From Candidatus Shapirobacteria bacterium (lineage in GTDB: Bacteria > Patescibacteriota > Microgenomatia > UBA12405), in NCBI GenBank assembly GCA_026395315.1, contig JAPLYY010000024.1, positions 1 through 35,117 of the forward strand: 35,117 nucleotides of DNA, given 5' to 3'. A model generated the notes under the pieces. That model saw only the letters and a list, made by a program, of their open reading frames with translations, did no database searches and was not told where the DNA came from. Positions 28,071-35,117 of this stretch are shown one piece after another. Made by a program: the position numbers and the translations under genes. Positions within the stretch are counted from its first letter, which is position 1, and each line of letters starts with the position of its first letter.

Positions 28071-28156
28071 AAAAAGTCGGCTCGAACAGGACAAAATCAG
28101 ATATGATTTTGTCCAAAGAAAAACGCAAAAATTTTAAAGAACTTTTATATAACTCA

Positions 28157-28246
28157 AATGGCGCAACCGGTGGTCTCAACAAGAAATTGCTTTCTGTTGT
28201 CCGATTGCGCCATTAAAAAAAGCAATTTCTTGAATTGTTGAGACCA
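28157..28246 (-). ncRNA. Structured RNA candidate (interlocking stems, pseudoknot or switch) at the start of the LSR2 leader
   Basis: 28157-28170 pairs with 28201-28214 (one G-U on the minus strand); 28171-28193 pairs with 28219-28246 with a small bulge. Confidence 0.55.
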
Positions 28247-28251
28247 ATAAC

Positions 28252-28281
28252 AATATACCAAAAACTACAAGTGGAAAACAA
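28252..28281 (-). promoter_or_regulatory. Sigma70-type promoter for the LSR2 leader RNA
   Basis: Minus strand TTGTTT-18 bp-TATATT with TG extension; predicted start near 28246, at the base of the stem. Confidence 0.5.
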
Positions 28282-28286
28282 GAGGG

Positions 28287-30008
28287 TTAAATATAGTTCA
28301 ATTGTCTAAGTTTTGTTGCTGCTCGCGCAGAAATAGCTTGCATTGCTTCAGGAGTGAGAGAATCATATTGGCCTGAAAGTTCACCACAAGACTCAGCAAT
28401 TGTTTTAGTTATTCTACTGGTGTAACTTTCACCCTTTTTCCCTGATTCATCTCTTGTATCTTCAACAAAAGAAACACCTTCCGCTATTTGATTTGTAAAG
28501 AAAGACGATCGGGGTCTTAATGCGTCTTGAGGCAATCTTCCCATTCCGTCTTTTACCACACCAAGCCACTGATCTGAATTTGCCTTTTGCTCAGGAGTTG
28601 TTGCTTCAGGCATATATAAATATGCTACACAAGTATCTGTTCTTGTGTATTCTTCAAAATCTTTTCGGAATTTGAATTGCAAACGCATTCCATATTGATC
28701 CAGCTGATCAGATATCCTTGCTAGCTTTTCGGCCACTGTTGAACTACCTTCAGGACTTGCGTTAATGTAAAATCTTACCTCTCTAGCATTTGGAGGTCTG
28801 GGGGCATTACCCTTGAACCAAACAAAACCAGCTGCTTGATCAGGCTGGCCCCCATCAATCAATTCTTGCTCTGTAATCTGTCTAACTTTAGACGTACTTG
28901 CGACACGGTCTCTTAATCTTTGAGGGTTTTCAGAGTCAAATGTTTGGATATACTCATCAACATTAGGGGCATGAAGAGAATCTATTAGCGCTTCTCTCGG
29001 CATTCCTGATTTATGAATAACCTCATACATTGATTGAGCCATTTTTGCCAGAATTTGCATATCTGTTTCTGTAGTTTTTGTTTTTTCTCTGTAAACCTGC
29101 AATGTCCTTTGTAATGTCGGATCACTAGAAACAACTCTTAAAAAGGACTCAATTTGTTGCTGAAATGCCTGAGTTTTTTCATCAGCTTCTGTGGTTTCCG
29201 GTTTTGTTTTTTCTTGTACGGTCTGTTCTGATGCTTTTGGAGTAGATTGCTGATCTTTACCTTCTTGAGCAGGAACGATATTCACGCCTTGTGCTTCCAA
29301 GGCGGATTTAATTCTATCAACCGAAACTCCAGCAGCTTTTGCTTCATTAATTACAGTTTGTAACTGAGATTGAGTTAAACTACCCTCTTTTACTTTAGGA
29401 ATTTGGAGAGAAATTTCAGATAAATATGCCTTTATTCTATCTTCGCCTAAAATATTTTTGCCTGATTCCGGCGCAGTTGTTCCTGTTGCCGATTGAGTAG
29501 CTACTTGTTCGCGAGAGACAGCAGTTATCCCAAGTGATTTTAAGTGTTCGCTTATTTTTTCTCTTGGTACTCCCGCAGCTATTGCAGCATCAACTATTTT
29601 TTGAACATTTTTCTGTCTGTCCGCAATCGGAACCTCTTGTTTTCCACTAGCACTTGTAATTGCTGACGACAAACCTCTTTCTTGAGCCGGTTGAGGTGAG
29701 GTTTCTCCCACTTTTATTGCTGTTGGAGAGATAATTTCGCCACCTACTATGGATGTTTTATCTCTCGCAGCTTCATCATTTAAAAATTGTTCAAAGGGAG
29801 TTTTCCCTGTCTCACTTTGAGGTGACTGCTCTCCAGCAATATCTCGTAAAACTTGATCAGGATTGCCATCTTCAACTATTCTCTCGATAATTTTTTGTTC
29901 ACCTTGGCCAATAGGCTTTTCAGGCGCTTTTGCCTCGGGCGGTTTTAGAGCCGCTGGTTTTTCTGGTTGTTTTATCGTTGGTAATTCTGTAACTGGTCCA
30001 TCGGCCAT
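28287..30008 (-). CDS. Hypothetical protein with low-complexity N-terminus and C-terminal HopA1-like domain
   Basis: VRFYIN..QFKF..RTDTCVAY..SFFT.QIAEGVSFVED..GESY pattern recalls HopA1-family domains; two internal repeats (A.AAGV....I...L...G). Confidence 0.6.
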   Translation of the reverse strand: MADGPVTELPTIKQPEKPAALKPPEAKAPEKPIGQGEQKIIERIVEDGNPDQVLRDIAGEQSPQSETGKTPFEQFLNDEAARDKTSIVGGEIISPTAIKVGETSPQPAQERGLSSAITSASGKQEVPIADRQKNVQKIVDAAIAAGVPREKISEHLKSLGITAVSREQVATQSATGTTAPESGKNILGEDRIKAYLSEISLQIPKVKEGSLTQSQLQTVINEAKAAGVSVDRIKSALEAQGVNIVPAQEGKDQQSTPKASEQTVQEKTKPETTEADEKTQAFQQQIESFLRVVSSDPTLQRTLQVYREKTKTTETDMQILAKMAQSMYEVIHKSGMPREALIDSLHAPNVDEYIQTFDSENPQRLRDRVASTSKVRQITEQELIDGGQPDQAAGFVWFKGNAPRPPNAREVRFYINASPEGSSTVAEKLARISDQLDQYGMRLQFKFRKDFEEYTRTDTCVAYLYMPEATTPEQKANSDQWLGVVKDGMGRLPQDALRPRSSFFTNQIAEGVSFVEDTRDESGKKGESYTSRITKTIAESCGELSGQYDSLTPEAMQAISARAATKLRQLNYI

Positions 30009-30009
30009 A

Positions 30010-30363
30010 TTATTCCTTTAATTTAACTTCTTTATTAGCAGCTTTCTTTAATAAAACATTTGCTTCTTCAATTTTTCCTTGTTTCAAAAGGATTCCTACA
30101 TGATTAACGACAGCGTTTTTTACTTTTTCATCATAATCTCTGGAAACTTCTAAAACTACTGGTACTAATTCTGAAAAATGGTCATCGAAGTTTTGAACCA
30201 CATCATGAATTTGATTTAATGTCATGTGGGGATGGAGGGAACTTAATATATACCTTGCTAGTTCCCTCGCTCGGTTGGCATCCATTTGATGAGCCTTTAG
30301 ACCATCTTCAATAATTTGCAATATTTCAAGCTCTATTTTTTTGCGATATTCCTCATTGTCCAT
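30010..30363 (-). CDS. Hypothetical helical protein
   Basis: 117-aa ORF, TATACT 6 nt before the ATG, abuts the next gene. Confidence 0.75.
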   Translation of the reverse strand: MDNEEYRKKIELEILQIIEDGLKAHQMDANRARELARYILSSLHPHMTLNQIHDVVQNFDDHFSELVPVVLEVSRDYDEKVKNAVVNHVGILLKQGKIEEANVLLKKAANKEVKLKE

Positions 30364-30520
30364 ATTTACAGTATATCAAAATTGGGGTTTATTTTTTATG
30401 GCCAAAATAGTGGAAATTGGCCAATGGTTTTTGGTATCATATAGGGAGTTTCCGTGTCCACGCACGGGCGGGTGGGGCAAGGACACTATAAATTCCTTCC
30501 TTGCTCGAACGAAGTGAGAG

Positions 30521-30649
30521 AAAAAATCGCGCGCGCAAAAAATAACGGAAGCGCGGTGGGTGGGGGCGCCGCGCTGGAGTAGCGAGCCGCAAAGCGGCAA
30601 GCTAACAGTTTGACTTGAAATGAGTTCGAATTTTTTCAAAAACGTTCAC
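30521..30649. repeat. B-type att arm (right end of the LSR2 element)
   Basis: Inverted copy at 27967-28070; 30521-30545 is a 25-bp inverted repeat of 26484-26508 inside LSR2; related to 190-326. Confidence 0.85.
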
Positions 30650-30824
30650 AAATCAACATTTCAAGGCTATAGTGCTTTGCTCGTTTTCTTCGAGAGTCGA
30701 TTTTAAGGCTAAAAAAGTTCCATACCCAGTGAGCGGAATCTATGAGCTTAGACATGAATAAAGAGAGATAAAGTCCCTTATATATTATTGAAGATAATTT
30801 TTCTAAGTGATAATATGCATTCAT

Positions 30825-31040
30825 ATGGGTGAAAAAATTGGACCAAGTATTTTTGACGAACATAAACCAGTCGAACCATATCGCCCCAGCACTTTTTTGA
30901 TGGGTGATTTCTATTTGACCCCTCAAGAGAGGTCTGTGTATAGAGTGTTTGGAAGATTTTTCAAGAAAATGAAGGCATTGGAAGAAAAAGATCCAGAGCA
31001 GCCAGTTGCTCCACCTACGGGCCAGGAAAATTCTGAATAA
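30825..31040 (+). CDS. Small hypothetical protein in the remnant cassette
   Basis: ORF MGEKIGPSIFDEHK...; no recognisable motif. Confidence 0.45.
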   Translation: MGEKIGPSIFDEHKPVEPYRPSTFLMGDFYLTPQERSVYRVFGRFFKKMKALEEKDPEQPVAPPTGQENSE

Positions 31041-31211
31041 AGATTTCTTTTCGTTGTAGTGCTGGTTTGTAAATTTGGTCATTTTCTGTCTCCTCAGTAT
31101 CAATGACTACAATTTTCCCGTTATAGTAGGTGAAACCAAGCTCTTTCAATCTTTCGTAGGTTTTGAAAATACTCTCGAGTAGGTGTTCCACCTGTGGTAC
31201 AGTGAGCTCAC
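31015..31211 (-). pseudogene. Orphan X-type att arm: LSR1-family C-terminal tail plus remnant PLD-gene start; right boundary of the island
   Basis: ACTCTCGA..TTCCACC.GTGGTACA..GCTCAC matches 26286-26326; translation shares 22/37 residues with the 26190-26324 tail. Confidence 0.72.
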
Positions 31212-31239
31212 ATTTTTATTTTTTTTGTTAAACTAATTT

Positions 31240-32019
31240 ATGTTCCTGCTTTTATTTTTCACTTTGTTTTTCACTCAACCTTCAATCGCTCAAGAACCAA
31301 CCACCATCGATCAATTTACTCAATTTAAAAACAACTATACCTTCCAATATAATCAATATTTAACTGCCTATTCCAAATATCTCGAAAAAAAGGATGTCAA
31401 TACTAAATATGGTTCCGTTACCACCGAAGCCGACAAGCTCGCCACCGCCAAAGATGCCATTAATGCCCGTAATTTAGCCCTAAAAACCTATCTTCAGGCT
31501 CTCCGGGTTTATCTAGACAAATATAAATCAGCCGATCCGGCCACCACCGATAAGTTCCAAACCGAGCTTCAAAATTGGGAAAATTGGTTTAATGAACAAT
31601 TATTAATCGTTCCCAATTTTAATAACGCCAATGACCTCAATAATTGGGTAAAAGATTTTATAATCAAATATATTGACATCCAGCAATCCATCTATTCTGC
31701 CCTGGTTTACAATCAAATCAATCACCAAAAATATACCCTTGGTTTACTTAATTCTCTCATCGACACCGCTAAAGCTGATCCTAATATTAAACCGGAAAAC
31801 CAGCTCTGGCTGAATAATTTTACCGTCCGTTCCGATTTAGTGAACACCAGTCTTGAAGAGACTGCCTCACTTACCATCAAAAAACAATACCAAACCAGAT
31901 TCGATAATTTTTATCCGGATGCCAAATCCGGTCTGAATACTGCCAATAACTACCTCCGTCAAATTTATGACAATCTTAAAATTATTATTGTTAAATCCAC
32001 CAATCCAGATGGAAACTAA
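31240..32019 (+). CDS. Secreted helical hypothetical protein
   Basis: Signal-peptide-like N-terminus (SIA/QE); 259 aa. Confidence 0.75.
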   Translation: MFLLLFFTLFFTQPSIAQEPTTIDQFTQFKNNYTFQYNQYLTAYSKYLEKKDVNTKYGSVTTEADKLATAKDAINARNLALKTYLQALRVYLDKYKSADPATTDKFQTELQNWENWFNEQLLIVPNFNNANDLNNWVKDFIIKYIDIQQSIYSALVYNQINHQKYTLGLLNSLIDTAKADPNIKPENQLWLNNFTVRSDLVNTSLEETASLTIKKQYQTRFDNFYPDAKSGLNTANNYLRQIYDNLKIIIVKSTNPDGN

Positions 32020-32323
32020 CCCGCTATTTCAACCAACGATTACACCTGTCAAACCACTTAACAAAAAAGTTCTGATTTTGATTATCTTATCCGCCATTAT
32101 TTTCGTTCTCTTACTTGCCAGCCTGTTGGTCACCAGCCTCCGCCAACATCAAAAAATAAATAATCTTAAACCTACACCAACCGGAATTCCTATTACTCCC
32201 ACTATTGAAGTTAATCAAGCCGTCCCCACCCAATACCAACTACCTCTAAATCAAATTGATACTGAAATCAAAACTCAACTCGAATTTGCTCCACCGGAAA
32301 TTGACCAGAACATCGGCCAATAA
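32009..32323 (+). CDS. Single-TM hypothetical protein
   Basis: KKVLILIILSAIIFVLLLASLLV TM followed by a PTPT linker; METNP start preferred. Confidence 0.7.
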   Translation: METNPLFQPTITPVKPLNKKVLILIILSAIIFVLLLASLLVTSLRQHQKINNLKPTPTGIPITPTIEVNQAVPTQYQLPLNQIDTEIKTQLEFAPPEIDQNIGQ

Positions 32324-32881
32324 TTACTTTCTTGATAAATATCCACCTGTTTCCGTACTAATCGAAATTTCTTCTCCGACTTTAATAAACAATGGCACCA
32401 ATACCTTGGCTCCGGTATCTAAAACCGCATTTTTCATCGCTGATGTGGCCGTATCGCCCTTAACCGAATTTTCCGCTTCTACCACTGTGCAAATTATCGC
32501 CTTGGGCAAAGTTACTCCCACCGGTTTTTCATCATAAAATTTTATCCGGTAAAGCAAACCCGCTTTAATATAAATCTTATCATCACCAATAACCTCCGAT
32601 GGTACTGCGTATTGTTCAAAAGTTCTCGGTTCAATAAACACATAAGCTGATCCGTCAAAATAAGAATATTCCGCTTCCTGGGTTTCAACCAAAACTTCCT
32701 CAATTTTTTCTCCCGATTTATAGGTAAATTCAACTACTCTACCAGTATACAATGATTTCAACTTAGTTTTATAAAAAGCACTGCCTTTCCCCGGGCTGAC
32801 AAAAGTTATATCCACGACCATATATGGCTCTTCGTGAAAAATTATATACATCCCTCGTTTTAGCTGTGCGGTTGATATCAT
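32324..32881 (-). CDS. efp: Translation elongation factor P
   Basis: SPGKGSAFYKTKLKSL.TG, VKGDTA, K.AVLDTGA.VLVPLFI, Y.SR. Confidence 0.96.
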   Translation of the reverse strand: MISTAQLKRGMYIIFHEEPYMVVDITFVSPGKGSAFYKTKLKSLYTGRVVEFTYKSGEKIEEVLVETQEAEYSYFDGSAYVFIEPRTFEQYAVPSEVIGDDKIYIKAGLLYRIKFYDEKPVGVTLPKAIICTVVEAENSVKGDTATSAMKNAVLDTGAKVLVPLFIKVGEEISISTETGGYLSRK

Positions 32882-32892
32882 TCCCATAGGCC

Positions 32893-33189
32893 CTATTCTA
32901 TCACTTGTTCCCAATCCCTTCTACCCATAAAAGTATAATTACCCGCATTATACGCCGCAATTTTATCCCAATTAAATACCACTTGCCTCACCAACGGAGT
33001 GTTTGGAGCTAACCCGCCTAAACTTTCAAGCTGATTCAATAATTTTATTGTATGTTGCTGATTAAGATTCATTCTTGTCCCTTTTTTCTCCACATAACCC
33101 AAAATTAATCTATGACGAATTCCCTCAACCTGTTTTAGTCTTTCAGTTTGATATCTTTTCTCTGCTTCTGGAGTCCGTTGATTAACCAT
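32893..33189 (-). CDS. Hypothetical protein
   Basis: 98-aa ORF upstream of efp; no motif recognised. Confidence 0.55.
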   Translation of the reverse strand: MVNQRTPEAEKRYQTERLKQVEGIRHRLILGYVEKKGTRMNLNQQHTIKLLNQLESLGGLAPNTPLVRQVVFNWDKIAAYNAGNYTFMGRRDWEQVIE

Positions 33190-33422
33190 TATATTTTAAA
33201 CTTTTATCGTTTCTATTGTAACTTACCGCTTTTATTTTTTCAATAGAGTAAAAATTTTTGAAATTGGTTCTTTATTGGTTCTTTTTGGTATTTAGTCCAA
33301 AAAAAATCCCAGAGTATGCTTTTTAGAGGAGCCACCCCGGGATCTAAGTTAGTAATATATCAAAATATATAAGCCAAGTCAACATATCTCACCAGTGTGT
33401 ACCCACCTAGCGCCAGGCAAGA

Positions 33423-34028
33423 TTAAAAACTCCCACTCTCGATTTCCTGGATAAATTGATTTACTCCGTAAGCCCACGAGCCATTTGAATGAGGACAGTA
33501 TTTTTTCATTATTAGCTCCGGTGTGTTCAAACCCTTATCAAAATAATTCGTCTTCAGATACTCTGCATAGCTCTTCAATGCTAGCTCATAATTATCAAAT
33601 TTTAACGTTCCGGCTGAATTGATCCCGTAACCCCAGCAATTATGACTATTATCGGGAATTTTTTTACATAAATTCGATTCCTGCTGGGCAATCGCCACTA
33701 TCCAGTAATAATCAAAACCATATGTTTGCGATAATTGAAAAATCATATCAGAATAGGGAGCCAATGGTGACTTATATTTTTCTAAATATTTTTTAATCAA
33801 TATCGGTCGGGCATCATCCGTTATCTCGGTCGTCTTAATATCAGCTGCCGCCGAAACTTCAACCGCCGAATTGATGGCCACTTTCTTATTTTCCAACACC
33901 GTCAGTTGTGCCTGATCATTTGGTATATTTTTATGGTTTATTAACCATACTTCCAATGATATAAACACAGTTATCGCTAAAGCAAAACCAAAAAACACCC
34001 GACTAATTTTGATAATTAAATCTTCCAT
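33423..34028 (-). CDS. Membrane-anchored lysozyme-fold protein (glucosaminidase-like)
   Basis: TM anchor; YKSPL, IVAIAQQES, NCWGYG, KYCP..W. Confidence 0.72.
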   Translation of the reverse strand: MEDLIIKISRVFFGFALAITVFISLEVWLINHKNIPNDQAQLTVLENKKVAINSAVEVSAAADIKTTEITDDARPILIKKYLEKYKSPLAPYSDMIFQLSQTYGFDYYWIVAIAQQESNLCKKIPDNSHNCWGYGINSAGTLKFDNYELALKSYAEYLKTNYFDKGLNTPELIMKKYCPHSNGSWAYGVNQFIQEIESGSF

Positions 34029-34062
34029 TTTGTCTCTATTTTCATGATATCATAAGGCCACT

Positions 34063-34824
34063 ATGAAAACTGATAAGTCCTTCACTCTCACTTTTACCTT
34101 TACTCCCGCCGAAATTGCTTCTACCAAAACTCAGGTCCTGGCTGAAATCCAAAAAAACTTTAGCCTCAAAGGCTTTCGTCCCGGTAAAGTTCCTCTCGAT
34201 ACTGTCGAAACTAACACCGATCCGGCCCATCTTATCGAACACATTTTAACTGACCTGCTGAATTCTACCTATCCAAAAAAACTTACTGAAAACAAACTTC
34301 ATCCTATTATTGATCCCAAAATTTCCATTTTAAACCCGCCTCTAGCTCTTGATAAAGACTGGCAAATTAAAGTGGAAAGCTGCGAAATTCCCGAAATCAC
34401 CATTAATCCTGACTACCAACCGCAAATTAAAGCTGCCAAAACTCAAGATTTAAACAAAATTTTGGACATTTTAATTAAAAATTGCCAAGTTGAACTGCCG
34501 CCAATTTTACTTGAGACTGAACTTAACCGTCAGCTGTCCAAACTGGTAGACCAAACCCAGCAAGCCGGGCTTAGCCTTAATGACTATTTAAAATCCAAAA
34601 ATCTCAATCTTGATCAATACAAAGATCAAGCTAAAATCGATATTCAAAATGAATGGACCATCAATTTAGCCATCAGCCGAATTTCCGTCGACCAAAAATT
34701 AGCCCCCACCGAAGTGGAAATTAATCAGTATCTGGAAAAACAACCTCAATTTAAAACTAATCCATCTTTGGCAAATTACATAGTTACTCAACAAAAAGTC
34801 ATCGATTTTCTCAAAAGTCTGTAA
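34063..34824 (+). CDS. tig: Trigger factor (short form lacking the FKBP domain)
   Basis: GFRPGKVP ribosome-binding motif; C-terminal VELPPILLETE chaperone domain. Confidence 0.88.
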   Translation: MKTDKSFTLTFTFTPAEIASTKTQVLAEIQKNFSLKGFRPGKVPLDTVETNTDPAHLIEHILTDLLNSTYPKKLTENKLHPIIDPKISILNPPLALDKDWQIKVESCEIPEITINPDYQPQIKAAKTQDLNKILDILIKNCQVELPPILLETELNRQLSKLVDQTQQAGLSLNDYLKSKNLNLDQYKDQAKIDIQNEWTINLAISRISVDQKLAPTEVEINQYLEKQPQFKTNPSLANYIVTQQKVIDFLKSL

Positions 34825-34894
34825 TTTTTGTTACCCCGTAACTTATCTTATAATCTAAAGTATTTCTGGTTTTTTGTGCTATAATAGAAGTCAA

Positions 34895-35117
34895 ATGGCA
34901 GGTGGTATCGGGGGAAAGCTCGACCCCAAACTTCAAAAATTGCTGAAAAATGGCTTTGGTAGCGAAGTTCTCAAAGACTCCCAAGGGGCTCCTTCTGCTC
35001 CAAAACTAGAAACTAAATCAATTTTCAGCCTCAAAGGCATTCTCAATCTCGGTCAAACTGCCGAAATCAGTAAAAGTGCTGATAGCCTCCAAAAATCCGG
35101 TGAGAAATTATTTTCCG
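34895..35117 (+). CDS. Partial hypothetical protein running off the window
   Basis: ATG 9 nt after TGCTATAAT; open to the window end. Confidence 0.55.
   Translation, partial: MAGGIGGKLDPKLQKLLKNGFGSEVLKDSQGAPSAPKLETKSIFSLKGILNLGQTAEISKSADSLQKSGEKLFS

Larger units (their letters stand above)
26323..30649. mobile_element. 4.3-kb LSR2 integrative element
   Basis: TCAC core at both ends (26323-26326, 30646-30649). The fusion of its two ends is present almost verbatim (one mismatch) at 27868-28070. Confidence 0.75.

Noticed and set aside
27977..30639. Duplicated small ORFs MKKFELISSQTVSLPLCG... (27977-28216 and 30376-30639)
   Set aside because: They are by-products of the 104-bp inverted att-arm repeat; similarity ends exactly where the repeat ends.
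30636..31103. 155-aa minus-strand ORF
   Set aside because: Odd composition, antisense to a more plausible small gene; only its first dozen codons after the second Met resemble a PLD remnant.
1..35117. CRISPR array, tRNA or rRNA genes
   Set aside because: No regularly spaced repeat-spacer units, cas genes, cloverleaf-like or rRNA-like sequence seen, including at the att junctions.

Overview
AT-rich bacterial DNA whose gene content (short trigger factor, typical hypotheticals) suggests Patescibacteria/CPR; this is an inference. From ~31212 to the end is core chromosome (efp, trigger factor, a glucosaminidase-like gene). Everything to the left is a tandem stack of integrated elements joined at a shared TCAC/GTGA core (sites at ~321, 26322, 30646, 31207). 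(1) A 26-kb ICE-like element (321-26329, flanked by CTCACCAA direct repeats). It encodes a large serine recombinase (LSR1), a VirD4-like coupling ATPase, a replication-relaxation relaxase, an IS-truncated VirB4, an M23 peptidase, an AbiE toxin-antitoxin pair, a MacB-type ABC exporter, a PLD-like nuclease and two diversity-generating retroelements. DGR1 has a textbook adenine-specific TR/VR pair, an antisense avd and a GNAT/PcfJ-like target. DGR2 has a TR that does not match its neighbouring VR, which sits internally in a ~1613-codon surface-protein gene broken by two in-frame stops. (2) A 4.3-kb element with a second LSR (LSR2) and a HopA1-like gene. It carries, inverted in the LSR2 leader, a near-perfect ~200-bp copy of its own predicted circle junction, behind a promoter and a pseudoknot-like RNA structure. 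(3) Remnants or ends of two further related elements. In both LSR families the crossover lies in the 3' end of the recombinase gene, so excision would swap on a different C-terminal tail that is conserved at the protein level. All alignments and counts were done by hand.
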